A stretch of DNA of 60,006 nucleotides, filler included, from Globobulimina sp. (Eukaryota): NCBI GenBank assembly GCA_003354225.1. It is 14 parts of 14 records of this genome, joined end to end, with 100 filler letters (N's around TTAATTAATTAA, not from the genome) between each part and the next. Parts side by side here need not be neighbours in the genome. Positions count along the whole stretch, not along the records: positions 25,774 to 29,967 come from PIVH01001490.1; positions 30,068 to 34,260 come from PIVH01001491.1; positions 34,361 to 38,553 come from PIVH01001492.1; 11 more parts are not named here. One strand, 5' to 3'. Position numbers and translations under genes: made by a program. The notes under the pieces were generated by a model, which did not search any database, was not told the DNA's origin, and saw only the letters and a list, made by a program, of their open reading frames with translations. Each line of letters starts with the position of its first letter. Position 1 is the stretch's first letter. This document shows, one piece after another, positions 25,774-37,500 of this stretch.

Positions 25774-26447
25774 TTCTTCAAATATATTTTAATTTGTCTT
25801 TGGTGAAATCTCGCAGTGATCCAAAATATAATTGCTCCCACAAACAATACATACATTCGTATAATAAATGTAATCCAAAACAATATAAACATTGTGAATT
25901 GAAAGGTATTTTGTGGTTTATGTTCTTTTCCCCAAACAATTTTCTGCCATGATGCTACAGCAACGGATGTTATTAAGCCACCGGAAAGAAACAATGTAAT
26001 ATAATTCCGGCCATAATGAGTCATTACAAATGCTTGAACTGAACACAATTTCCAGAAATGAGGAGATTTGATGAAATATATTAGAAATGCTATATAAAAA
26101 AATGGATAAACACAATCAAGGGTGGCTGTTAAATACAGGCTTCCGCGATTGTTGCTATTGATTGTTACAGACAAGGAATAAAAGCCCATTGATAAAGAAA
26201 ATAAAATCAACAATCTCTGAGCCCAACGCAAAATAGAGATAAGTTTATGTGTGGTGTCAGGCACGAATCCATAAAAAAGCAATGAATATCTCAGCAATCT
26301 ATTTGGACAACACGCTATAGATCCAAATTGTTGCGGTATAATAATGTCTATGTCATGTTTCTTGTCTACTAATAAGGGAACCTTTTGTCGACCGCTCAAT
26401 ATTGGTTCGCTTGTACTCACTGAATTGTCAGAAAGTAAAAAATACAT
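25774..26447 (-). CDS. Multi-pass membrane protein, N-terminal half; possibly gustatory-receptor-like
   Basis: Four hydrophobic helices after LLRYSLLFYGFVP; truncated at the spacer. Confidence 0.6.
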
Positions 26448-26521
26448 TGCTTCTATCGTTTAATATTCGAAGATTCGATAAAGTTTCGAAATTCCGAAAA
26501 CGCGTTAAGTGAAAAATTAAA

Positions 26522-28459
26522 ATGGCTTTCGATAGAAGATACATCTTTGCAGTCTTGGCGTTTGTAGCCGTAGTTTATGTTTGGAACAAATACAAACATA
26601 GGAAAGGTTCACTTAATTCTGTGCTCTAATTTGATCCAAAACTCACAACCAAAAAATTAAAAAAATGAATAGCTGCAAACAAATACGTAGAATCTGATAA
26701 AAGTAAGAAAAAACACACTGACATGGATTCTGGTCCAACAGTAACAACAAAGTTCAACACCAAAATAATCCCATTAAAACCACCAAGAAACGATTCATAC
26801 TCAAAAGCATTATCCACTCATTACAAGTTCAATTATTCCCATCCTCAATACGATGCAAAACATGACACTTTTAATAATCAATTCAAAGTCATAACTTTCA
26901 ATGTTTTGGCAAACTGTTATGCATTGATCAACCGCTCATATTCAACATACTGTTCCTCTCAACATCTAAAAGCAGAATACAGATTCACTAAAATTGCTAA
27001 AATATTGCTAAAATGTGATGGAGATATTATATGTTTGCAAGAAGTCGACGACAAGGATAAAACCTTATTATTGCTGGATTTAGAAAACAATCATAAATAC
27101 AAAGTTTATTATGCTAAAAAAAGCAACAAGAAACAGGATGGACTAGTAATAGCGTATAAAATTCGTAAATATCAACAATATGATACTGCTGGCATCTCAG
27201 TGATCAAATTAAATGACTTATCATTAGGCTGTGCCTCTGTCAATTCACAGCAATATTTTGCCAAAGATCAAATTGCAATTTATATTTTATTACAGCCAAT
27301 ACGCGATCCCTCGCATTTATTATTTATTTGCAATACACATTTATATTATCGCCCAAATGCAAATGATATCAGATTGAGACAGATTGCATATATTTTAAAT
27401 GTTATACATAAGAAATATACTGAGATCAAAATGGAAAATAAATATAATAAGATATCACTGATATTTTGTGGTGATTTCAATACTTTGCCGGATACCTATC
27501 CAATTAATGAGTTCCTGTTCAATGGCAAATATATAATGAGAGCTCAAGGCAACTCGCCATTGCAATTGATAATGGATTCAGCTTTGGATAAAGTGGCGAG
27601 ATGGTGCCGTTCGTTGGGTGTTGACTGTGCCTCTTTCAGTGCGCAAAAATTAGACACTGAAAACGCAAATAAATTGTTTAAAATATGCGAGGATGAAAAT
27701 CGAATTTTAATCACGCGATCAAAGCGGTTGGTGCAGAGGAAAAATTGTCCAAAGCATTTCTTATTAAATAATGATTTTGCGAGAGATAATTTGAAACAAA
27801 TCATTAAATATTTTGACATTAAGTATGACGACAACGCCATTTTTACGCGGTGTACTTTGTGCAATGCATATTTTAAAGAGTTGAATGTGATGGACGATGC
27901 AAAGGAGATTTATGAGAATGATCAAATACCGCAAAAGTTGAAAGTAAAGGCTGTGGAACATACATTTTGGAAATGTTTGAATTGTTCGCAAGTTTATTGG
28001 TTTGGTGAAAAATCGCAAAGAGAAGTTGCAAAGTTTAAAATTATTTTTGCTGAAACTTTGCTGGAAATTGATAAGGAAGAAAAGGAAAACAAAGAGATAT
28101 TAATGAAACGATTGAGGAAACAGAAAGTGTCAGATATTTGTAATGTGAATGATAAATTGAAGTTATTGCCAAATTTACAAAGATTTTTTTGGGAGAATGT
28201 CGTGTTTGTAAATCCCTTTGGAAATAGAATAAAATGTTCGTATAGATGTATTTATGGAGAATCACCGGAATATACAAATAAAACAAATGTGTTTAAAGGA
28301 TGTTTGGATTATATATTTTATGCGGATTTGATAAATGATGAAAATGTAAACATAAAAAGTGTGAAATCTCAGTTGGTCGAAGGTGATAAAACAAACTATC
28401 CCAACAGTACATGGCCAAGTGATCATATTTTGTTAATGTCAACTTTTAAAATTCAATGA
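26522..28459 (+). CDS. Signal-anchored CCR4/Angel/nocturnin-type EEP nuclease-phosphatase with inserted Mut7-C domain (~623 aa, 2 exons)
   Basis: Exon 26522-26606 (MAFDRRYIFAVLAFVAVVYVWNKYKHRK) splices through a 66-nt intron to 26673-28459. EEP motifs TFNVLA, CLQEVD, NTHL, CGDFN, LDYIF and WPSDH. Mut7-C motifs MDSALDKVARWCRSLGVD, ENRILITR, FTRCTLCN and FWKCLNCSQVYWFG. Confidence 0.85.
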
Positions 28460-28758
28460 GCAATGCATGTGATTCCAATGCCGACTATGGTTCAATGCAT
28501 CTGAAAGAAGCTGATTCGAGGCCCTATCTTTTTTTGTCCAGTCTGTTTGCATAAAATTATTTTTGCAAATTTAAAGAACGGAAATCAAAATATATACATG
28601 TTGAAAAGATACAAACAATTGAATGAGTAATATGAGCGGTTTGATTGTACGGAAGCTGCGGAATGGTCTGTATAAAAAACGAGTTGCATTTATTGAGAAA
28701 AAAAAAACAGTCAATCTAAAAAATTTCTTCAAAACTCTAAGAAATGATTGTGTTCTAT

Positions 28759-29781
28759 TTATGGAGAATGAGATGTTACAAACGATATTGTTTGGCAAAG
28801 AGACATGTCATTGGTTTGGATATCTCTTTTTCCAACACCAACATGAATATCACCAAACTGCCCAACTCTTTTACATTTATTTCTTCCTTTTGAATTTTCA
28901 ATTCTTATACCAAACGTATTTGGAGCAAATTTAGTACATTCTTTATTGATAAATAATGATTTATGATGTTTCCAGTCGAAACAGTATACATCAGTTTCGC
29001 CTGTAATTTTTAAATAACAGTGCGAGTTCTGATTAATAAATATTTCGAATTTATGTAATTGATTGCATTTTGGAACAAAACCCATATCTTGGTTATTACA
29101 GCCATTTTTGCCTTCAACTCTTGCGGCTCCACGGATCCCTCCACCAAAGAAACCATTAAATCCAGGATGATATGCAAATATATTTGAACCTAAAACAAAA
29201 CCAATATTCCACGAACCAATTCTGTGCGAACTGGCAGTCATAGATGTTTGTATAAATATTCCTAATTCATACTTTAATAAAAAATTCTTTTCTGTATTAA
29301 ATCTACGTAAATTTATAATATTCCATTTTAAATCAATGATATCATTCACATATATCCTGCAATCAAATGCTATGCTGTTTAAATAAAATATACCATTTAC
29401 TGTTTTGCCGTAAAATGGAGAAACAATATTATCAGCACTAGTTTTTCTTATATTAAAGAAATTAAATTTAATTAAATTATTGTAATTCTTTTCTAATTTA
29501 TGCGCAGATAAATAAATGTCATGTGTTGCTAAAATTTCCTGTCCAGTTTCATATTCAACAGATTTGTTATATTCTTCATTCCAATGAATTTTAATGGAAT
29601 TGTTTATTATTAGTTTTATTGAATTGTTAAACAACTTACACACATGAGATATTTGAGCCCTTTGTCTGCCTGATAAATTGCATAAAATTAACGGTATTAT
29701 AACAACTGGTAACATAACCAAGATATTTGACTTATTGTCATCATCGACTTCTATTTCAGTTGATTTTGTATCTTCGCTCAT
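28759..29781 (-). CDS. F-box-like protein with C-terminal beta-sandwich domain
   Basis: LVMLPVVIIPLILCNLSGRQRAQISHVCKLFN is F-box-like. Beta-rich C-terminal half (WNIGFVLGSN...YHPG...RVEG...DMGFVP). First ATG at 29781. Confidence 0.55.
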   Translation of the reverse strand: MSEDTKSTEIEVDDDNKSNILVMLPVVIIPLILCNLSGRQRAQISHVCKLFNNSIKLIINNSIKIHWNEEYNKSVEYETGQEILATHDIYLSAHKLEKNYNNLIKFNFFNIRKTSADNIVSPFYGKTVNGIFYLNSIAFDCRIYVNDIIDLKWNIINLRRFNTEKNFLLKYELGIFIQTSMTASSHRIGSWNIGFVLGSNIFAYHPGFNGFFGGGIRGAARVEGKNGCNNQDMGFVPKCNQLHKFEIFINQNSHCYLKITGETDVYCFDWKHHKSLFINKECTKFAPNTFGIRIENSKGRNKCKRVGQFGDIHVGVGKRDIQTNDMSLCQTISFVTSHSP

Positions 29782-30067
29782 CGGAAATACTGCTGTTTTC
29801 AAAATATATTTTTATCTACGAGTTTAAGCATGCCTTCATTGTTAACATACATACCTAAATAAAATTGATCTTTGTAATGATGATATTCAGTACGTTGACA
29901 TTGTGATTTTCAACTCTCAGAATTTGACTCAAAAAACTGTTTGCGAATAAAATCGGTACGTACAACANNNNNNNNNNNNNNNNNNNNNNNNNNNNNNNNN
30001 NNNNNNNNNNNTTAATTAATTAANNNNNNNNNNNNNNNNNNNNNNNNNNNNNNNNNNNNNNNNNNNN

Positions 30068-31756
30068 TTATATAAAACGCCATCACGGTCAACTTATTCA
30101 CCAGTCATTGAATGCCCAGATTGTGGCTATAAATGGGACCATCCTGCTTCTGTATTGTCGCCTTATTTCAATACATTTGGTAATTATTATTTTAAAAATC
30201 TCTATAAATTAAATATATTTCCACAACAAATCATTGGTATCATCATAGATTACTGCATGTTTGCCGATGATCGAGCCTTTGATGCAGAAATTGATGCAAA
30301 TGTCAAACGGAGTATGTTGTATCAGGAAGGATATTGGTTTCATTATTTATTAGTATATAACCCGCACAAAAATTGGATGTGTAATTATTATTGGTTGCCA
30401 TATCGAATAATTGAGCAAAATTATGACGATGAATCTGTCTGTTTATTACCAATGAATAAGGAATATATTAATAAATGGACCCATTTCCCTGTGATTTGGA
30501 TTAAATATCAAAATAAAAAAAATCTTTATGCATCGTTTAAAAACGATTCGGAGGAAGAAAAAAGAGAAGATATTGATGGTACGGATGGTGTTGACGAGTT
30601 ACATAATTTTAAATTATCTTCAAAAGTATTACGGATTGATACAACAGGCTTTGATGTTGGATATGAAAATGAAAATTTACAAAAAATGAAAAAAACGTGG
30701 TGTTCAATATCCGCTGATTTTAGTTTGGTGGATCCTGATATTTGTATATATTTTGGCAATGTTGCATATAAAAAAACTGGTTATCAAACGCATAAAATAT
30801 TACCGCAGGGAATGTATCAAATATTTATTAAAACGTTGACTGGCAAAAGTATTACAATTGCGGTGGAGTTAAATGATACCATTCAAAATATTAAAATGAA
30901 GATTCAATGCAAAGAGGGAATACCGCCGGAACAACAAAGATTGATCTTCGCTGGGAAACGATTGGAGGATGGACGGACTTTATCGGATTATAATATACAA
31001 AAAGGTTCCACATTGCATTTAGTATTGAGATTACGCGGCGGTGAGTTGTATTTAAATGGGGTTAAATTGGATGATAATGTTTCAATGGGTGTTATTTTGC
31101 AAAAAGTTGTTAAAGAATTTAAAATGAAACAAGAATTATTTGAGCCACGATTGAGGTCAAATTGTTTGAATTTAAATGGAGATTTTAGTGATAATATGTG
31201 TGTGTTGAATAACAATCCGTTTATGATGCGTTGTGATGATATTATGCATGAGAATGAATTGGATTTATTGAGCAGTGAAATGTATCGAATTTGTGAGAGT
31301 TATTCTAAATTTTGTGACATTGAATGGATTGATTTTAGTTTGGAGGAATTGAAAATTAAGCAATTTGTACATAAATGGTGTTTCGATTTATTTAAAAAGA
31401 TTTTAAATTTTAAATATGATGTGAATAACTTAAAAATCAATGGATTTGTTTTAAATGAAAACGCAAACAATTTAAATAAAAAAGATTCAACCTTTATTTA
31501 TCATCATTACGGTATTGGACAAAATTCAAATGGCAGTGTTACCCAATTTCATTCGGATGAAAGTCATATTACAATTGATTTATGTTTAAATTTAAAAAAT
31601 AATGGAAATGGGTGTTTAAATTTTAAAATTGATAATGGTGTTAAAATTAAACATCAGAAAGGACGATTGGTTGTGTTTAATGGTAATATTCAACATTCTG
31701 TTACACCAATTACAAGTGGACAACGACTTGCCCTGATTGTTTTTTGCAAATTTTAA
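30068..31756 (+). CDS. Fusion: unknown N-terminal region (CPDCG) + internal ubiquitin + 2OG-Fe(II) oxygenase; 5' truncated
   Basis: Frame is open from the contig edge. Ubiquitin-like domain at 30812-31042 ([12 protein letters not shown]...[15 protein letters not shown]...[10 protein letters not shown]). C-terminal [15 protein letters not shown]...[18 protein letters not shown] gives the HxD...H...R set. Confidence 0.85.
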   Translation, partial: LYKTPSRSTYSPVIECPDCGYKWDHPASVLSPYFNTFGNYYFKNLYKLNIFPQQIIGIIIDYCMFADDRAFDAEIDANVKRSMLYQEGYWFHYLLVYNPHKNWMCNYYWLPYRIIEQNYDDESVCLLPMNKEYINKWTHFPVIWIKYQNKKNLYASFKNDSEEEKREDIDGTDGVDELHNFKLSSKVLRIDTTGFDVGYENENLQKMKKTWCSISADFSLVDPDICIYFGNVAYKKTGYQTHKILPQGMYQIFIKTLTGKSITIAVELNDTIQNIKMKIQCKEGIPPEQQRLIFAGKRLEDGRTLSDYNIQKGSTLHLVLRLRGGELYLNGVKLDDNVSMGVILQKVVKEFKMKQELFEPRLRSNCLNLNGDFSDNMCVLNNNPFMMRCDDIMHENELDLLSSEMYRICESYSKFCDIEWIDFSLEELKIKQFVHKWCFDLFKKILNFKYDVNNLKINGFVLNENANNLNKKDSTFIYHHYGIGQNSNGSVTQFHSDESHITIDLCLNLKNNGNGCLNFKIDNGVKIKHQKGRLVVFNGNIQHSVTPITSGQRLALIVFCKF

Positions 31757-31897
31757 TTTCATATATTTTAGGTATTGCCGTATTGGGCATTTTTTGTACA
31801 GTGGAAATACATGTAAAGTATCCATTTGCCAATCGGTGTTCTGGCTTCAATCGTATAATCAGCGCAGCAAGTAATATTTTGGCTACAGTGGAAATAC

Positions 31898-33200
31898 ATG
31901 GCAACCAAAGATACACAAACTGACACTTTGTCAGCAAAAATTGCAGCTAACGAAGAATTAAAACGAATCAATAAGGAATTAAAAGCAGAGATTGAACAAC
32001 TTACAAATCAAGTTATAAAAACAAAACAAAAATAAATAAAATTAAATCAAAATGGTACGTATATTGTCACAAAAGGTCACTAAATTAAAAGCAGACAATA
32101 CTCTCAAAGATGAAATCATTGCATCAACTAATCAAGATTTAGAATCTGCCATCAAACACTCACAAAAAACAACAACACAAACCTTGCACCACACGAAAAC
32201 AAGAAAAACAGACAAACCTAAAAAGGCTAAAATAACGAATGTGACTGAAGAGAAAAAGGAAGCTGTCATAGATCAGAAATGTCGCGGAATGATCGGCATT
32301 GTTGGTGCTGGACAAATGGGCATACACTTAGCGACATTATTATCTTTGAAAAAATATGCAATTGTTATCATTGATCGACAAAAGCAATTATTAGAAAAAG
32401 CAAAAAAAATAAATAAATCCATTTGTGAATCCTATTTGCAACAAAAATTAATCACAAAACAAGACATAAATAGTTGTAAAATAATATATAGTGACTCTAT
32501 AAATGACATATCAAAATACAAAGAATCAATGAATATTATCATAGATACAGCACACGATGCATATAAGAAACAGGTTTTGCATGAAATTGCGAAAAATATA
32601 AACTCCGACTGTATGATTATTAGCAATTCATTTCGAAAATGCTCCACCGAGTTATCGTCATATATCAGGGGCATCGCACCCAATTTATCAAAGAATTTAA
32701 TTGGAATTAATTTGTTATATTTTGAGTTGTCGTTAGCAAATAATAAATGTATTGAGATCATCCCTTCGTGGAACACTTCACATCAAATTATTAACAAATG
32801 TAAGTTGTTGGTAACCAATGATTTAAATAAACAATGCGTAATATTGCAGGATTGCTGCTCATTTGTATCGAATCGGTTATATGCGGTGTATATAAATGAG
32901 GCCTTTAATATTTTACAAAGTAAGCTATGTTCAGCTGAGGATATTGATAAAATACAGAAATTATCATTGATCAATGGTAATGTAGCTCCATTTGGATTGG
33001 CGGATAAAATCGGTTTAAATGTAATTAAAGATATTTTAGATGAATTATATAAAGAATATGGTGAACAAAAATACGTTGCTTGTTCTATGTTGAAACAATA
33101 TATTCGATGTGGAAAATTTGGAAGAAAAACAGGTTGCGGTGTTTATGCCTATAATCAACACAAGAAAAAAGGTGACAAAGTATCAAAAGTTCAAAAATGA
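31898..33200 (+). CDS. Coiled coil + degenerate 3-hydroxyacyl-CoA dehydrogenase homolog (2 exons)
   Basis: Exons 31898-32011 and 32076-33200 (64-nt intron). IGIVGAGQMG, SFVSNRL, EDIDK, APFGLADKIGL and GKFGRKTGCGVY are present, but the GxHFFNP motif is replaced by GINLLYF. Confidence 0.8.
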
Positions 33201-33290
33201 CTTTCAGCAAATAACTTTTTATAATTACTTTTTAAATTATTATTTAACAAATTTTCACAGAATTAAGAATTTTACACCCTTTAAAGAAAA

Positions 33291-34260
33291 ATGAACCATG
33301 CTGTCAGGAAAAGACGGTCACTGATTGAATTAATGAAACCTCGATGCATGTGCATTTCCATATTGTCTGTGCTCTTTATCACTGCAATTACAATCCATTC
33401 CGTTTATGATGTTGAGATTTCTGAAATGATTAAAGGAGACAATAAACATATAAACAACGTGGCCAATATGGATAACTACGCTATATCCGAGGAATTATTC
33501 AACACATTATTGACATTTTACATCCCCCACTATATATTTATTGATATGAATACATTTGCTAGCAATGATTATTCATGTTCCTTAACATTTTGTTGTACTG
33601 TGGGAGGTCTCGGAATTGGTAATGTATTATCTCAATATTGGTTTGCTCGGAGTTTGTCATATTTCATGCAGTGTGATTTCAAAATGTATTCTGGTTTAAA
33701 TAAAGCTGATCCATGCTCTTCATTACACTTTGCAAGTTCTAACAGACATCGATATGGACTGCAGAAAAAAATGTTTAATATTGATTATTTTGCTAATTAT
33801 TTGCCCAAATCTTGGAACGCAAACACTAATCATCACAAATATTTTGATATCAACGCGAATTTGGAATTTATTTTATATTTGTTGCATAGTTGCGATCAGC
33901 TAAGGATAGGACAAAAAGATTATTTCCCATACACTCTCAACATGCGTCTGTTATATTATAATACAGAATTTATAGAAAACATTGCAATGTATGATACTCA
34001 AAACGCGTTTAAATTATACCATCATTCACTGAAATACAATGCAAATTTCATTGATTCCGCCGATGTTGTTATCCATTATCGTTGCGGTGATTTATTAAGT
34101 CGGAGAAACACAGATTTGTATGGTTTATTATCAATGTCTTTTTATATTAAAGCATTGCAACTAATTTCGAAATATTATCAACAAAAAACTATTAAAAATA
34201 TCTGGATATTAACCCAATTTGGAACAAATGCTTTGTTGACAGAGTCAATGTGGGGAAGAA
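33291..34260 (+). CDS. Type II membrane glycosyltransferase-like protein (GT11 / alpha-1,2-fucosyltransferase-like motif); 3' truncated
   Basis: N-terminal TM; GGLGIGNVLSQYW and VVIHYRCGD...FYIKAL resemble the GT11 GLGN and HxRRGD...YY..A motifs. Confidence 0.55.
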
Positions 34261-34561
34261 NNNNNNNNNNNNNNNNNNNNNNNNNNNNNNNNNNNNNNNN
34301 NNNNTTAATTAATTAANNNNNNNNNNNNNNNNNNNNNNNNNNNNNNNNNNNNNNNNNNNNTGTGGCAGACATTGTTATATAATATAAAGAGGATGGAAAA
34401 TGTAGAGTTTAGAGAAGAGGATGGTTAAAGATGAAAATGTAGAGTTTGAGTTTTTGAACTTAAAAATGTTCATACAGTCGAATACCACACCAAAAACTAA
34501 ATTAAATATAGCAAATTAATACACACAAAAAAGCAAATTAATACACAATAACTTTTAAAAT

Positions 34562-37500
34562 TTACTCTGAATCTGAATTATCCAGATTTGATAAATCTGA
34601 ATCTGACTCTACTGTGATTGTTTTCGTTGTTTTACGTTTTGACTTTCTTTTTGTGGTCGCGACTTTTTGTTTTTTCTTTGGTCGTTCATTTGTTTGATTT
34701 ACACTCCTTTTCCTTTTATTTCTATTATTTGTATTATTATTATTATTTGTATTTTTATTTTGCGATTTGGATTTTTTATTTTGTGATTTGGATTTTTTAT
34801 TATTTACATTTATCTCACCATGGCCAATATCTTCAACGTCTTGTTCATATTCTTCATTCTCAAAATGTGCTTTTATTTTCTTTTCCATTCCTTTTATTCT
34901 ATCCGTTACGTAATATTTTTGATGATCTTCCAAATTTTCACCCGTACAAAGGGCTTTATACACACTTTGACAGTTTGACTTAAAATAAGCCATATTTGGC
35001 GGGCCATGATAAATATGTTTATTATGAAATGCTGATTGTTTGTTTCCACGATGAAAGGATCGGACCTCGTATTCAATGGACCCACCGGTTGAAATAATTT
35101 GATTTCGAAGCATTCCTCGACATTGTCCTGTTTTTTTGGTTGAGTTATAAGTTGCATTCTTACCATCTTTGATTTTTGCTTCGGTCAATTCATCACAGAA
35201 ATCACGGATGGATACATTTGCTTTTTTATTATGATTAAATTGCTTCATTTGATTCAGAGCTAATGGCAACAGTATAAATATATTAATTACAGTCTGTTTA
35301 ATGAAATAATATCCAAAATGAATAATTTTATTATAATACCATCGTCCTAATGTTATATAATCGGTTAACCATTGATCGCCATGAAGTATGTCATCTGAAT
35401 TCTTAGCTAAATAAATAATATGTGCTGCAGCGGTTTGATAAAATAAATAAACCATACAAAAAAATCTGGCGGCGTGCGACATACTACCCGTCGTTGTAAT
35501 TGCATTGGTAATTCTTGATAATAATAAATCATTATGTTCTGTAATTAAACATGTTTTTGTTGCAGTCAAGCCGACATAAATGCTTTTTGCACTGCTTGTT
35601 TGTTCATGCAACTTAATCAATTTTTTCCCCTCGCATGGCAACAATGACTTAAATGCAAGGAAATATGCTGTTAAATCCAATTTAAATATAATTCGAGCGC
35701 CATTAATGAATAATTGAATGCTATCACTTATCCCTCGCAGTATATAATGGCATAAGGGAGTTACTACCAAATCAAAATGCATTGGATCGGGAACATCATA
35801 AAAACCAATTTGATATTGGTTTTGTGCGATTTTTAAAATCTCTTTTCTTCGTTTTTTCTCTGAATAAATACTCCAATTTGGATTCTCATCTTTAAATTGT
35901 TCCAGTACAGCATTCATTTTATTAGATAATAAATCGCGATTTGTTAATACTAAATATTTTGATGACGACGACAAGGCTGCATTCTCGTTATCTGATATAT
36001 TATTGCGAGAAATCGTAATTTTGTCTCCAATGCCAACGTCCACATAAATAAGTCGTGTAAAATCCATTCCGGGGGCTTTTGATTCGTCTTTATTCTCCAC
36101 ATCAACTTCATCAGACTGCCACATCAACGGATCAACATATTTAATTTTCCCGCATAATATGTCCTCAACATTTGCAGTATCGATAATAACATTAATTGTA
36201 CCTAAATCTACATAATCTTCATATGAAATTCCACGTTGATGATAGCCATTGACAACATAATCATTCTTCTCATCCTCTTCTTTCGCTCCCTCTAAAATTG
36301 ACATTTGCGCATGGCAATATTTTTGAGCAAATGGACCATGCTTCCAAAAGTTCATTAAACCTTTTTGATCCGCTAAACACTATAAACAAACACAAACAAA
36401 GTGAACAAGCAAAGTTGACAAAGTCAAGATTTAAAGCTAGTGAATTAAAGTTTTTCAGTGAGTCATTTTGAAAATGCGTGTGTTTGGTCATGTCACAATG
36501 TGCTTTGCTTTTGATGTAAAATCATCTCAAAAGCGCAGCAATATGAGCAATGAATAAAGGTGACACCGGCATACAGTTTGTAGGAGAAAAAAATGTGAAT
36601 GAATATAACTTAAACGTACCATTAGTATACATTTGGCAAAGATAAATTCGTGTTTGTCTCCCAATGAGTCAAAGCCTACATATTTCCGGGCAGTTTCGCT
36701 ATAATGACTCAATTGGTTAATAATTAAATCAATTATCTTTTGTATATTTACATCGCCGTCGTCGCCAAGTCCCATGAATACAGTTAATGGCGTTTGATTG
36801 GATGATTTCAAATTTGTTCTCCAACCACCGTGTTGTAAAGATAATACTGTAAATGAGTCAGCACCGCATAAGTTCTTACCTCTGCCACTATCGACTCTCA
36901 TTTTAATCATAAAATACCAATCTTGTGTTAACTCATCGAGATCTGCTGCATTTAGATTGTATTGATTGTGCGTCTCTGTACACTTTGAATTAATATTTAA
37001 TATAAAAAAATCTCTCAACGCGCAATTTATATTTCCAATCACCTCATATTCAGTGTCTGCGTCAACGTGATCCTTAAATAAATGATCACACGTTTTGAAA
37101 GTCGAATGGTTGGCAAAATATGCATCCTCTAATTTTTGTGCTTTCTCTTTAGTTAGCAACGCTGGCAATGCTTGTTTTTTTGTATGAACCATTTTACATC
37201 GGCCGTCCTTATCTACTCTCCATAATGGCTCTTGTTCTCCGTTTCTAATATTTTGTGCATTTCGCAGTGATACGCGCGCATTTTTAATGATTACTAATTT
37301 TCTGAAATTTGCTCTCGAATACAATGATTTATCCGTACTGTCATATGTTTTCTCAACTTTTGCGGCGTCAATTGATCGCAAAATACCGCCATCTGCGATA
37401 ACCAAACCAGCGACAAATGGTCTGTTTTCTGCAAATATTTGTCTTAACACTGCTTTCTTTTTATCTGTTGGTAATTCATCAAAACATGCTTTGTAATGTC

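Noticed and set aside
30812-30826. MYQIF as the rhizarian polyubiquitin junction insertion
   Set aside because: That signature concerns monomer-monomer junctions in polyubiquitin. This is a single diverged internal domain, so it is not valid taxonomic evidence.
34361-34560. Short duplications downstream of the transposase-like gene (GAAAATGTAGAGTTT twice, GCAAATTAATACACA twice) as possible TIR/RSS
   Set aside because: They are direct rather than inverted, no CAC-starting terminus is evident, and the other end is off-contig, so element ends cannot be supported.
36270-36521. ORF MTKHTHFQ...CSLCLC as a possible zinc-finger exon of the transposase-like gene
   Set aside because: It lies mostly within the 240-nt intron. 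The direct phase-0 splice to 36379 restores the DQK motif without it.
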